Shown: in pieces, positions 19,521 to 29,725 of the stretch
Position numbering within the stretch: the first letter of the stretch is position 1
Layout of the letters: the number at the start of each line of letters is the position of its first letter
Assembly (NCBI GenBank): GCA_903895475.1
Contig: CAITUF010000036.1
Span: forward strand, 1-56,717
DNA: 56,717 nt
Reading direction: 5' to 3'
Origin: an uncultured Opitutia bacterium
GTDB lineage: Bacteria; Verrucomicrobiota; Verrucomicrobiia; Opitutales; UBA953
Notes under the pieces: generated by a model
Told to the model about the DNA's origin: nothing
The model's database searches: none
What the model saw: only the letters and a program-made list of their open reading frames with translations
Translations under genes and position numbers: made by a program

Positions 19521-20618
19521 ATGTCGGCTGAAAGCGTCACAGTGGAACTCGGCTCGCGCGCCTATCTGGTGCGGATTGGGACTGGCGTCTTCGCCGAAGC
19601 CTTAGCGGCCGCTGAGCAACGCCTTGCCCGTGGGGCCCGCTGCGTAGCCGTGACCTCTCCCGCCATCGCCGCGGCCCGTCCAGAACTGCTGCAAGCCCTG
19701 CAGCAACGCATGCCGGTCTATGTCACGACGACCGACGGCGAGAAGGCCAAGTCTGCGGCCGAACTCGCCCGGGTCTGGGATTTTCTCGCGGAACACCGCG
19801 TCGCCCGTGACGGCGCACTCTTTGCCGTCGGCGGCGGCGTGGTCGGTGACCTCGCTGGGTTTGCGGCTGCCTCCTACCAACGGGGGATCGATTTCTATCA
19901 AGTCCCGACGACGCTCTTGGCGATGGTCGATAGCTCGGTGGGCGGGAAGACGGGTATCAACCTCGCCGCCGGCAAAAACCTCGTCGGTAATTTTCATCAA
20001 CCGACCGCTGTCTTTGCCGACACGGCTTTGCTCTCCACCTTGCCCGCTCGCGAATTCGCTGCCGGCATGGCGGAAGTCATTAAGCACGGGCTCATCGCCG
20101 ACCGCACCCTGTTCACCGAACTACAAACCAACGCGCCCTTGGCTTGGAATCACCCGCTCCTTCCGCGCATCATTCGTCGCTGCGTCGAGATCAAGGCGGG
20201 CGTCGTGGCCGGCGATGAACGCGAAACCAGCGCCCATGGCGGCCGCGCGTTGCTCAACCTCGGACATACTTTCGGTCACGCCGTTGAAGCTATCGCTGGT
20301 TACGGCACCTACTTGCACGGTGAAGCCGTCGCCATTGGTTTAGTCATGGCCGCGCGCCTCTCGACGGAACTCGGCCGGTGCACCGCGGCCGAAGCGGACG
20401 CCGTTGCCCACACGCTGGCCGCACACCAGCTACCAACCCGCCTGCACACGAGCCTACCGCTCGAACGCATGCTGGAGGCAATGCGTCGCGACAAGAAGGT
20501 CCGCGGCGGTAAGCTCCGCTTTGTCCTCCAGGAAGGCATCGGTGCAGCCAGCACGGCCGACGATGTCCCCGAAGCAGCCGCCGTCCGGGCGCTCCTCGCT
20601 GGCGGCGCCGTCGCTTAA
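19521..20618 (+). CDS. aroB: 3-dehydroquinate synthase
   Basis: GGGVVGDLAGFAAASYQRGIDFYQVPTTLLAMVDSSVGGKTGIN, LNLGHTFGHAVE, HGEAVAIG. Confidence 0.9.
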   Translation: MSAESVTVELGSRAYLVRIGTGVFAEALAAAEQRLARGARCVAVTSPAIAAARPELLQALQQRMPVYVTTTDGEKAKSAAELARVWDFLAEHRVARDGALFAVGGGVVGDLAGFAAASYQRGIDFYQVPTTLLAMVDSSVGGKTGINLAAGKNLVGNFHQPTAVFADTALLSTLPAREFAAGMAEVIKHGLIADRTLFTELQTNAPLAWNHPLLPRIIRRCVEIKAGVVAGDERETSAHGGRALLNLGHTFGHAVEAIAGYGTYLHGEAVAIGLVMAARLSTELGRCTAAEADAVAHTLAAHQLPTRLHTSLPLERMLEAMRRDKKVRGGKLRFVLQEGIGAASTADDVPEAAAVRALLAGGAVA

Positions 20619-20648
20619 CGTAGGCAAGCCCAGATAAGGCGCCTAACC

Positions 20649-21587
20649 ATGACCCGCCTGCTCTTTATTCTGCTCACTGGCTGCGGACTGATCGGCTGCG
20701 GGCAACGGGCAGCCAGCCCCACCACCGAAACGGAGACGAGCACTGCCCCGAGCGCCCCGCAGGTCAGTAGCTCGGGCTACATTAAATACTGGCCAGGTAC
20801 CTTACCCATTGTGATTTCCGTGCCCCATGACGGCGCGATCATGCCGCCGGAGATTCCCGACCGCACCGAAGGCGTCACGGTCCGCGACACCTATTCTCGG
20901 GCCCTCGCCGAAGCCATCCGCGCGGCCTTGATTAAGAAGTTTGGCCGTGCACCGCACCTCATCGTCTGCGAAATCTCGCGGAAGAAAGTGGACTGCAACC
21001 GTGAGTTAGCCGTCGCGACCCAAGGCCACCCCAAGGCCATCCAGGCTTGGCAGGAATTCCATCGTTTCATCGACACCGCGGAGCTAAGCGTCCTCGCGCA
21101 AACCCCGCACGGGCTCTACCTCGACATCCACTCGCATGCTCACCCGAACAAGCGAATCGAAATCGGCTACCTCTTAAAAAGCGCTGATCTAAAGTTGACC
21201 GACCACGAGCTGAATACTGATGAGACCGTGCGGGCGCGGAGTTCAATTCGTCAACTCGGGCGCCTCACCCCGACTGGCTTCGCCGAACTCGTCCGCGGCC
21301 AGACTAGCCTCGGTGGCCTACTCGAGGCCCGCGGCCTCGCCGCTGTACCCTCCCCAAAGCAAACGCTGGCCGCTGGAGAGCCCTACTTCAATGGTGCGTA
21401 CGACATCGCAGCGCACGGATCGCGCGACAAGGCACAGCTTGACGGAATCCAACTGGAAGTACCGGTACAGATGCGTGATACGGCCGAACATCGTGCAGCC
21501 ACCGCCCAAGCCTTGGCCGATGCGTTGGAGGTTTATTTCGAGCGACACTTTCGGGTGAAGCTCACCGGCGACCCAGTCGGGCGGTAA
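20649..21587 (+). CDS. lipoprotein, N-formylglutamate amidohydrolase-family-like
   Basis: Lipobox LLTGCG. ISVPHDG, EISRKKVDCNRE and YLDIHSH resemble the FGase family (PF05013) motifs. Confidence 0.55.
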   Translation: MTRLLFILLTGCGLIGCGQRAASPTTETETSTAPSAPQVSSSGYIKYWPGTLPIVISVPHDGAIMPPEIPDRTEGVTVRDTYSRALAEAIRAALIKKFGRAPHLIVCEISRKKVDCNRELAVATQGHPKAIQAWQEFHRFIDTAELSVLAQTPHGLYLDIHSHAHPNKRIEIGYLLKSADLKLTDHELNTDETVRARSSIRQLGRLTPTGFAELVRGQTSLGGLLEARGLAAVPSPKQTLAAGEPYFNGAYDIAAHGSRDKAQLDGIQLEVPVQMRDTAEHRAATAQALADALEVYFERHFRVKLTGDPVGR

Positions 21588-21591
21588 AGGC

Positions 21592-21822
21592 TTAAGGCTT
21601 CGGGCCGACGGCGGGTTGCACCGCGCGCCAATCACCATCGAGCAGTCGTTGGTCGTTCTTAGCGTTGGCCGCCTTAATACGCTCGCCCAGCTTGCCTTCC
21701 TTGGGTGCCTCGCCGGCTAAGGCAGCCACGGCTGGGCTCTTCTCCGCCACGAACGACGGGTCGTTCTTCGGGATGGCGCAACCGCTGAGGGCCATCGCGA
21801 GACAAGTCAGGAATATTTTCAT
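21592..21822 (-). CDS. small hypothetical lipoprotein
   Basis: 76 aa. Lipobox MALSGC. The start overlaps the stop of the upstream mutase gene (TAATG). Confidence 0.5.
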   Translation of the reverse strand: MKIFLTCLAMALSGCAIPKNDPSFVAEKSPAVAALAGEAPKEGKLGERIKAANAKNDQRLLDGDWRAVQPAVGPKP

Positions 21823-23753
21823 TAAGCTTGGGCGCGCTTACGCGCATCGGTTTCGAGCCAGGAGCGCAAGGCGAGGGCCGACCGCTTGGCCCGCTCACGC
21901 GCGGCCCCGAGGTCATCGGCGTCGTCAGCCTTGGCGGCGGCGAACGAATAGAACTTTACCTTCGGCTCGGTCCCGGAAGCACGGACCGCCAGGCGGCGCC
22001 CATCCGCCAGCTCAGCCATGATGAATTCTTCCTTGGGCACGCGCTCGCCTTCGGCGTCGAGGACTTCATCGCGCTCGAAGTCGGTTACGCGCACGACCTT
22101 AACCCCGTCGATTTCTTTGGGCGGGCGCGCGCGCCACGTGGAGACGATGCGCCGGATGGCAGCAGCGCCTTCGGCACCTTCAAACGAAAGGTTCAGGAGG
22201 TCTTCGTGGTGAGCGCCATGCACGAGGTGCAGCGCATCGAGGGCATCGAGTAGCGTGCGCCCGCGCGAGCGCAGGACGGCCGCAAACTCGCAGAGCATCA
22301 CCACGGTCGCATTGGCGTCTTTATCGCGAACGGCATCGTCGGCGAGGTAACCATAGCTCTCTTCGGCGCCCAAGAGGAAGAGCGAGGAGTGACGTAACGC
22401 GAGCGGGGCGCGCCGATGCAGCGGCAGGGCGGGCGCCTCGGTACCCGCGCCGGCGGCAAGTTTACTCGCCCAGCGTTCGAGCTTTCGTGCAATCCACTTG
22501 AAGCCAACTAAAGTCTCGACGCAACGGATGCCATGACGGTCGCAGATGGCCTGAACGAGCGGGGTCGTGACCAGAGACTTAACCACGACGGCGGCATCGG
22601 TTCCGGCCGCGGGCAAGATGCCGGCATCCTTGAGTGACGAGATCCGAAACTCCGTCAGCAGGGCCGCGACCTCATTACCCGTGAGGAGGCGATACCCTCC
22701 CTTGGGCAGCGGACAAGCCACCCCGACGCGATCCGAATCGGGATCAGTCGCCAAGACTAAGTCGGCATCAATTTCTTCGGCGTGCTTGAGCGCAAGGACG
22801 AACGCCGCTGGGCTTTCGGGGTTGGGCGAAGGCACCGTCGGGAAACGGCCGTCGTGCTCGCGCTGCTCATCGACCACAAACGGGTCGAGGCCGACCCGAC
22901 GGAGCGCCGGGATTACCATGACGTCGCCCGTACCGTGGAGATTGGTGAAGACGACCTTGGGGGCGTGGCGCGAGAGTACTTCCGGGTCGACGACCAAGGC
23001 GGCAAGGCGGGCGAGGTAGGCATCTTCCGCGGCGGCTGGAACGGTCAAGACACCCGCGAGATTCTTCTCAAGGTAAGGCTCGACGTCGGCCAAGCTGATC
23101 CGGCCGACATGTTCAACAATCGCGACGTCATCGGGCGGTGTGACCTGCCCGCCATGGGCGAGACAGCATTTAAAGCCGTTGTCGTGTGAAGGGTTATGGC
23201 TGGCCGTAATGACCACACCGGCGTGAGCACCGAGGTGACGGACCGTAAAGCTCAATTGCGGGGTGGAACGGGCGCCGGCGAAGAGGTAAGCCTCGCCGCC
23301 CAACTGGGTCCACGCGGAGGCCAGCAGCTCCGCGAAGTGGCGGGAAAAATGCCGGACATCATGGGCAACCACGAGACGAGGAGTGGGGTTCTGTGCGGAG
23401 GCCTGACGCCAGAGGCCCAGGCCGGCGCGAAGGACGTTGAAGTCGTTCAGGCAAGCCGAGCCGACTGCGGCCCGGATGGGTAACCCAGCGGCATCAAGTT
23501 CATTGGCGGCACTGACCCGGCCGACCGTGCGGCCGCGCATGCCCCCGGTGCCAAAAGCGATACCCTTATAGAAACGATCTTCTAATTCAGCCCAGGCCCC
23601 TTGGGCCACCAAATCGGCTAAGGCTTCCACCGCGGCTGGGGGGAGAGCCCCGGATTCTAGCCAGCCAGCGGCATTGTCCAAGGAGGCTGGGGAAAGCTGG
23701 CCCTTGGCTTTAGCCGTCTTGAGGGCAGAAAGGACGGAGGCGGAAGCGCTCAT
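21822..23753 (-). CDS. phospho-sugar mutase (alpha-D-phosphohexomutase family)
   Basis: Active-site loop VITASHNPSHDNGFK, metal loop TDPDSDRVG, sugar loop GAEESYGY. Confidence 0.85.
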   Translation of the reverse strand: MSASASVLSALKTAKAKGQLSPASLDNAAGWLESGALPPAAVEALADLVAQGAWAELEDRFYKGIAFGTGGMRGRTVGRVSAANELDAAGLPIRAAVGSACLNDFNVLRAGLGLWRQASAQNPTPRLVVAHDVRHFSRHFAELLASAWTQLGGEAYLFAGARSTPQLSFTVRHLGAHAGVVITASHNPSHDNGFKCCLAHGGQVTPPDDVAIVEHVGRISLADVEPYLEKNLAGVLTVPAAAEDAYLARLAALVVDPEVLSRHAPKVVFTNLHGTGDVMVIPALRRVGLDPFVVDEQREHDGRFPTVPSPNPESPAAFVLALKHAEEIDADLVLATDPDSDRVGVACPLPKGGYRLLTGNEVAALLTEFRISSLKDAGILPAAGTDAAVVVKSLVTTPLVQAICDRHGIRCVETLVGFKWIARKLERWASKLAAGAGTEAPALPLHRRAPLALRHSSLFLLGAEESYGYLADDAVRDKDANATVVMLCEFAAVLRSRGRTLLDALDALHLVHGAHHEDLLNLSFEGAEGAAAIRRIVSTWRARPPKEIDGVKVVRVTDFERDEVLDAEGERVPKEEFIMAELADGRRLAVRASGTEPKVKFYSFAAAKADDADDLGAARERAKRSALALRSWLETDARKRAQA

Positions 23754-23853
23754 GACGCCCCATTGTTAGTGTCCGGCGGGCTGGCACAAGCCCGGAGCAA
23801 CGGGGGGAGGCGGTGGTTGACACTGGGCAGGCATTGGCAAGGGTTGAACCCCC

Positions 23854-24585
23854 ATGGCCGAAGACAGCTCCAAAAAGCGTCCCCCGAGCGACGATGACCG
23901 TAATCTCGTGGTCGTAGACGAAGACTTTGCAAACGCCGATGCGGAAGACCGCCTATGGCTGTTCTGGGAACGCAACAAGAACCTCATCGTCCGCGGGACG
24001 ACCGCGGTCGTCTTGGCAATTATCGGAGCCATTGGCTTCCATTTCTGGCAGGAATCGAAGCGCGCAGAACTCGGCCAAGCCTATGTGGCCTGCACCGATG
24101 CGGACGCCCGCCGAGCTTTCGCTGCGGCCCACCCGGGTGAACCCCTCGCCGCCGTCGCCCTCCTCGAAGTCGCCGACGACCTCCGCAAGGCCAACAAACT
24201 AGCAGACGCCGCCAAGGCCTATGAAGCCGCCGGTAAGGCCGTCGTGGGCGAGTCGAAAGCCGTGAAGGCCATCGCCACCCGGGCCCGCCTCTACGCCGCC
24301 CTCACCCGCCAAGAGCTCGGTCAAGCCGACGCGGAGGCCGGTATCGTCGCCGTCGCCGAAGACAATTCCGCCCCGGACACCCTGCGTGGCTACGCCATGT
24401 ACGTCCTTGCTAACCTCGCTCTCGCCAAGGGCGACAGCGCCACCGCCGCCAAGTGGGTTAACCTCATGGATAAGCGTCTGAAGCCTAACCATGTCTGGGC
24501 CTCCGACAAAAGCTGGCTCGTCCGTTCCGAACCTTCGTTGCTCACCCCCGTGAGCGCCCCACCCGCGCTCCCCGCGGGTAAGTAA
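23854..24585 (+). CDS. membrane-anchored TPR-like protein (YfgM-like architecture)
   Basis: One TM helix (VVLAIIGAIGFHFW) followed by an Ala-rich helical-repeat region. Confidence 0.45.
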   Translation: MAEDSSKKRPPSDDDRNLVVVDEDFANADAEDRLWLFWERNKNLIVRGTTAVVLAIIGAIGFHFWQESKRAELGQAYVACTDADARRAFAAAHPGEPLAAVALLEVADDLRKANKLADAAKAYEAAGKAVVGESKAVKAIATRARLYAALTRQELGQADAEAGIVAVAEDNSAPDTLRGYAMYVLANLALAKGDSATAAKWVNLMDKRLKPNHVWASDKSWLVRSEPSLLTPVSAPPALPAGK

Positions 24586-24591
24586 ATTTCG

Positions 24592-25581
24592 ATGAGCGAC
24601 GTCGCGCCGCAGCCGGAGGCCGCCGTGGCGGCTGAACGCCTGACTAAGCGCTACGGTTCGCTCACGGCGATCGAAGACCTTACTTTCTCCGTGGCCCCCG
24701 GCGAAGTCGTTGGCTTCCTCGGGCCCAACGGCGCTGGCAAGTCGACCACCATGCGGATCCTCTCGGGTACGATGGCGGGCACGTCTGGCTGCGCCTCCAT
24801 CTGGGGCGTCTCGGTCGCGCTCAATCCTGCCGAAGCCAAACGCCACATGGCGTACATGCCGGAGAATAACCCGCTCCCGGAAGACCTACGCGTTGAAGAA
24901 TACCTACGCCTGCGCGCCCGCCTCAAAGATGTCGAAGCCGGCAAAGTCGACACCCGCGTCAACCAAGTGATGGAAGACTGTGACCTCGTGCGGCGGGCTT
25001 CCGGTCGGCTCATCGGCCAACTCTCCAAAGGCTTCCGCCAACGCGTCGGTATTGCGGACGCGCTCTTGGCCCAACCCAAGGTCGTCATCTTGGACGAACC
25101 TACCATCGGCCTAGACCCGCACCAAATCCTCGGCATTCGCGACCTCATCCGCTCGCTCCGCGGTCAGATGGCCGTCCTCATCTCGAGTCACATCTTGCAC
25201 GAAGTCGAACAGGTCTGTGACAAGGTCGTCATCATTAACCGGGGCCGACTCGTGGCCCAAGGCCGCACTGATGACCTCCGGCGCGAACTCCTACCGCACG
25301 CGGGCTTCACCGTGGTGACGAAGGCCAGCCAAGCGGAACTCGCCGCGCTCTGCACGGCGACCGAACCCGCCGCCACCGTTGAGGACGGCGTCGCCACCGA
25401 CCTCGGCTGGACGCGTTACCGCGTCGTGCTCCCAGCGCAATCGCCGGCGCGCGAGACCCTCGCGACGACGCTCCTCAGCGCCGGCCTCCCACTGCGGGAG
25501 ATTGCCGAAGAACGCTACGGCCTCGAAGACATCTTCCTCGCCGCCACGCGACGCACCCCAGCGGAGGGCCGCCGTTCCTAA
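24592..25581 (+). CDS. ABC transporter ATP-binding protein (GldA-like, ABC-2 type)
   Basis: Walker A GPNGAGKST, signature LSKGFRQRVGIADAL, Walker B VILDEPT. Confidence 0.9.
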   Translation: MSDVAPQPEAAVAAERLTKRYGSLTAIEDLTFSVAPGEVVGFLGPNGAGKSTTMRILSGTMAGTSGCASIWGVSVALNPAEAKRHMAYMPENNPLPEDLRVEEYLRLRARLKDVEAGKVDTRVNQVMEDCDLVRRASGRLIGQLSKGFRQRVGIADALLAQPKVVILDEPTIGLDPHQILGIRDLIRSLRGQMAVLISSHILHEVEQVCDKVVIINRGRLVAQGRTDDLRRELLPHAGFTVVTKASQAELAALCTATEPAATVEDGVATDLGWTRYRVVLPAQSPARETLATTLLSAGLPLREIAEERYGLEDIFLAATRRTPAEGRRS

Positions 25582-25583
25582 AC

Positions 25584-26345
25584 ATGCGACACTTCCGCAC
25601 GCTCTTGGCGCACGAATTGCGCACCGCCCTACTCTCTGGCAATACCTGGGCTTCGGCGGCGCTATTCCTGGCGCTCATGGGCGGTATCCACTTCTTCGCC
25701 TTGCTGGAATGCAGCCGAGCGCCGCAACCATGGACGCCCGTCGAAGCCACCTTCCGCCTCTTCTGGCTTCCGCTGCTCTGCGTTCTGCCGCTGCTCACCA
25801 TGCGCAGTTTCGCTGAAGAACGGCGGAGTGGTACCTTGTCCGCCCTCCTCACGACGCCCGCTAGCACCGCCGCCATCGTGTGGGCAAAGTTCTTGGCCGC
25901 TTGGCTCACGTGGGCGGTGTTCTGGTCCGCGTTTCTCATCTTCCCTTGGATTGTGAACGCCCGCTTAGGGACGGGTGGCGATCAACGACTCAGCGATCCC
26001 GCGACGTTGTTCGGCGGACTCTGCTTCGTCTTAGTCAGCGGCCTACTTCACGTGGCCCTCGGCATCCTCTGCAGTTGCCTCACCCGGAGCTCGGCACTGG
26101 CGGCTCTGCTGACGTTCATATGCCTCCTCGGACTCACCGCCGTCGGCGGTGCGATGGATTCATTGCCCATCGAAAGCTGGTCGTGGCTGGGTTGGCTCCG
26201 CGAACCCGCCGCACACCTACGCACCTTCGGGCACCTTCAGGATTTCGCTGGCGGCATCCTCGATTCGCGTCCGCTCGTACTCTATGTCACTGGCATGATG
26301 CTCTCGCTCGGGTTAGCCGTACTCGCCGTGGAGGGCCAAGAATAA
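25584..26345 (+). CDS. ABC-2 type transporter permease (GldF-like)
   Basis: 253 aa, about 6 TM helices. EERRSGTLSALLTTP motif typical of ABC-2 permeases. Confidence 0.75.
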   Translation: MRHFRTLLAHELRTALLSGNTWASAALFLALMGGIHFFALLECSRAPQPWTPVEATFRLFWLPLLCVLPLLTMRSFAEERRSGTLSALLTTPASTAAIVWAKFLAAWLTWAVFWSAFLIFPWIVNARLGTGGDQRLSDPATLFGGLCFVLVSGLLHVALGILCSCLTRSSALAALLTFICLLGLTAVGGAMDSLPIESWSWLGWLREPAAHLRTFGHLQDFAGGILDSRPLVLYVTGMMLSLGLAVLAVEGQE

Positions 26346-26346
26346 G

Positions 26347-27885
26347 ATGGCTCCGCCCCGTGATGATTTCGGCGCCGTTCGCCCGATCCGCCGCTTCAAC
26401 CGGCTGACCCAAGCCTTGCTCGCCATCGGCTTGGCCGTGACGGTCAACTACCTCGCCTCGCAAACCGAGTTCCGCTTCCGCCAAGACCTGACGTGGGACC
26501 ACCGGCATTCGTTAGCGGCGGAGTCCGCCGAAACGGTCCGCGTTGCGGGTCGCAAGAGTCCGATTGGCGATAAGCAAAATCGCAATTGGGTCCGCGCCAT
26601 GGTGCTCTCGGATAACTTCAGCGAAGGCGACGCCGGCCTGCGCAGCCAACTCATCAAGCTACTCGAGGCCTATAAACTGGAAGCTTCGCGTACGGGCAGC
26701 GAATGGTTCAATATCCTGCAAGTCAGTAACGGCCTGAACCAAGAGCTACTGTCGGAAGTCGCGGCCCGCCATGGCCCGCCGGGCCGTAATATCGGGCTAA
26801 TCCTCACCTGCGGAACGCGCGCCAAGTTCGTCACCCTCGCTGAGCTCGTCGATAGCAACGCCGCCAAAGTCGCCAGCTTTCGCGGCGAAGAAGCGGTCAC
26901 CTCGGCCTTACTCGAAGTCACCGAAGACCGGCCAGCCATCTGCTACGTTACCCGTGGGCATGGCGAACTCGGGCTCAGCGACACCTCGCCCCTGCGCGGC
27001 CTTTCGCAACTCTCTCGCCAATTACGCAACCGCAACTTCATCCTCCGCGAACTCGACCTACCGACGGCGTCGGAAATCCCGCGCGATGCGACGATGGTCC
27101 TCATCGCCGGCCCACAAGCGGCCTTCTCGGCCGCCGAGGCCGAACGTCTCCGGAGCTACCTGTATGACCGGAACGGGCGCGTGTTGGTCTTCCTCGAGCC
27201 AGGCCGCGAGCATGGCCTCGAAGCGGTCTTATCCGAATGGGCCATCTTCTCACCGGACGCCCTCCTGCAGGAAAACGACCCCTCTTGCCGCACCGCCGAC
27301 GGCGACATCGCCGTCCGGATGCTCCCAGAGAAGATTCACGCCTTGACCCGCGTGCTACGCGAGCAGGACCTTCCCCTAGTGGTCACGCGCGCCCGCCCCG
27401 CACGCTTTGACGAAGGCAGCACCCCGGACAGCACGCTTTCCGTGACGCCGCTGGTCTTCTCATCCAACCTCCGGAACGGGGCCATGCTCTCCTGGGGGGA
27501 GGCCGACCCTTTGCGGCGACCCATCCGCTTCGACCCTGACCGTGATCAGCCCGGTCCTATCTGCATCGCTGCCGCCGCCGAACGGGCCGCGGGTATCCGT
27601 AAAGGCACGGGCAGCATCGGCGGACGCCTCATCGTCGTCGGTAGCACCGACCTCGTTTCCAACGCTCGCCTGAACCGCGGTGGCAACCAAGCCTTTGTGA
27701 CCCAATGCGCCGCCTGGCTTTCGGACCGCGACCGCGCCATCTCCCTCCCGACTCGTGCCGCCGGCGTCTATCAAGTCAATGCGACCGCGGCAGATTTTTG
27801 GGCCTTAGCGCTCCGCTTTGGAGGGATTCCCTTAGCGGTCCTGTTAGTCGGGCTTGCGGTTTCAGTCTGGCGACGCAGAAGTTAA
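26347..27885 (+). CDS. GldG-family ABC transporter auxiliary protein
   Basis: 512 aa. N- and C-terminal TM anchors around a large extracytoplasmic domain. Sits immediately after the GldA/GldF-like genes. Confidence 0.7.
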   Translation: MAPPRDDFGAVRPIRRFNRLTQALLAIGLAVTVNYLASQTEFRFRQDLTWDHRHSLAAESAETVRVAGRKSPIGDKQNRNWVRAMVLSDNFSEGDAGLRSQLIKLLEAYKLEASRTGSEWFNILQVSNGLNQELLSEVAARHGPPGRNIGLILTCGTRAKFVTLAELVDSNAAKVASFRGEEAVTSALLEVTEDRPAICYVTRGHGELGLSDTSPLRGLSQLSRQLRNRNFILRELDLPTASEIPRDATMVLIAGPQAAFSAAEAERLRSYLYDRNGRVLVFLEPGREHGLEAVLSEWAIFSPDALLQENDPSCRTADGDIAVRMLPEKIHALTRVLREQDLPLVVTRARPARFDEGSTPDSTLSVTPLVFSSNLRNGAMLSWGEADPLRRPIRFDPDRDQPGPICIAAAAERAAGIRKGTGSIGGRLIVVGSTDLVSNARLNRGGNQAFVTQCAAWLSDRDRAISLPTRAAGVYQVNATAADFWALALRFGGIPLAVLLVGLAVSVWRRRS

Positions 27886-27892
27886 GGGTCAC

Positions 27893-29725
27893 ATGCGGAT
27901 CGCCCGCACCACCCTTGTCCTGCTTTTGGCCAACCTCGTCGCATTCGGCCTGGTCTGGCGGGCAACCTCCGCCCATCGCCAAACGGCCGCCAGCCAAGAC
28001 CTCCTTTTCCCGGCGGCGCTCGCGAAGATCGAGCTAACCGAGTCTGGACAGAAACTTATTCTCGAAAAGCGCCCGAGCTCCTGGCGCATCACCGCCCCCA
28101 TCGAATGGCCGGCCAATCTTTGGGCCGTGCAACGCCTGCTAGATGAGATTCGTTTCATCGACGGAGACAAAGGCTTTGCCACCACCGAAACCAAGGCCGC
28201 CGGCGGCAGCCTCGCCACCTACGGACTCACCGCACCGCGCTGGATCCTCCGTACGACCTCCGATGCCGGCGCGACGCTCGAAGTAAAGATTGGCGAGAAC
28301 AAGGATACCCGCCGACTCTTCCTCCTGACGGCGAACGGTAACCGGATTATCCCGTTGGGCGATGCGATGGCGGCAGCACTGGAAGCCAAACCGGAGAGCT
28401 ATCGTGTCGATAAAATCTTTGAGATTGCCGACTTCGAGGTGCGCACGGTTTCGGCCCGTCTGCGCCAGAAAGACGGCGATAGCGTGACGTCGCTCTCTTA
28501 CGAAGAACGCACCCGACCAGGTCGCAAGAATCAAGGACCAGAATGGCGCTTTGAAGCCCCGTTCGATGCGCTCGCCGATCCAGATCGGGCCACCAAGGCT
28601 ATCACCGACCTATCCAATCTCCGCGCCGTGAAGTTCGCCGACGCCGACGAAAGCGAAACCGGGCTAGCCACGCCAGAGCTCCGACTGGGGCTGGAAGGAA
28701 ACTCGCGCCGGCAAGTCCTGCTCATCGGTAAGCCTAAGGTCGGCGCACCCGCGCAGCGTTGGGCTAAATTAGAGGACAACTCCTCGCTCTTTCTTGTCGA
28801 AACCAAAGCCCTCACCGAATGGGAAAATCCGAAGGCCACACTCGCCTCCGCCCGCCCCGCCGACTTCGACCCTGAACTCGCCAGTGGCCTGACCATCACC
28901 TCTGGCGGCCGCTTCATCACATTACATCGCCTCGATGCAACCGGCGCCGAACCCCGCTGGGAAATCCCCGTCGCCCCAGGCTCAACGGCGACCAAGCGGC
29001 GCGAGGCCGATGGTAAACTAATCCGGGAATTCCTGACCTCGCTGACGCGCCTGCGGGCGACGCTCGCGGGGCCCAACGCCAGCCCGACGCTCGTCCCTGC
29101 GGGCCAACTTCCCGCCGAACCATTACACAAAGCCGAAGTCGAATTCGGTGGCGACCGGATTGTCCTTTCGTTCTACGCCACCCCCACCTCTGCCGCTGCG
29201 CCGGGCTCCCTGCTGGTCCACCAAAAAGGGTCTCCGCTGGCGGCGGTCTGCGATATCTCCCTCTTGCGTAACGCCCAAGCCGCCGTCGACCCGAAGGCTT
29301 GGCGTAACCGCGAACTCGCGGAACTTGCTGCCGGCGCGAAAGTCACCGGCTTGCGGCTCACCGAAAAAGCCGACGGTAAAGTCATCGGTGAAGCTCGCCT
29401 CGGCCCCGACGGCAATTGGGCAGGCACCGGTCGCCTCGACCCAGCCAGCAGTCGGCGACTCGCCACGGCCCTCATGCAGGTCCGCGCGACGGAATTCCCA
29501 ACGCGTGATATCGGCGCCGGCGACTTCCGCTACGAACTCCGCATCACCGATCAAGTCGCCGCCGGCGCCACGGGAGCGAGCGAATCCTTCCGCACCTACC
29601 TCTGCACGGCACCGCTCAACCGCACCGCCGTCCTCGTGCGCGATGAAGGCGATGGCGACGACTTCCTGCTCGAAACTTCCCTCGCCGAAATCCTTATCCC
29701 GCTGCTCGGGTCGGATGGGCGATGA
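27893..29725 (+). CDS. DUF4340-like membrane-anchored protein
   Basis: N-terminal anchor MRIARTTLVLLLANLVAFGLVW and a repetitive beta-rich ectodomain. This is the position typically occupied by DUF4340 after gldG. ATG at 27893 chosen because the 27854 start overlaps gldG. Confidence 0.55.
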   Translation: MRIARTTLVLLLANLVAFGLVWRATSAHRQTAASQDLLFPAALAKIELTESGQKLILEKRPSSWRITAPIEWPANLWAVQRLLDEIRFIDGDKGFATTETKAAGGSLATYGLTAPRWILRTTSDAGATLEVKIGENKDTRRLFLLTANGNRIIPLGDAMAAALEAKPESYRVDKIFEIADFEVRTVSARLRQKDGDSVTSLSYEERTRPGRKNQGPEWRFEAPFDALADPDRATKAITDLSNLRAVKFADADESETGLATPELRLGLEGNSRRQVLLIGKPKVGAPAQRWAKLEDNSSLFLVETKALTEWENPKATLASARPADFDPELASGLTITSGGRFITLHRLDATGAEPRWEIPVAPGSTATKRREADGKLIREFLTSLTRLRATLAGPNASPTLVPAGQLPAEPLHKAEVEFGGDRIVLSFYATPTSAAAPGSLLVHQKGSPLAAVCDISLLRNAQAAVDPKAWRNRELAELAAGAKVTGLRLTEKADGKVIGEARLGPDGNWAGTGRLDPASSRRLATALMQVRATEFPTRDIGAGDFRYELRITDQVAAGATGASESFRTYLCTAPLNRTAVLVRDEGDGDDFLLETSLAEILIPLLGSDGR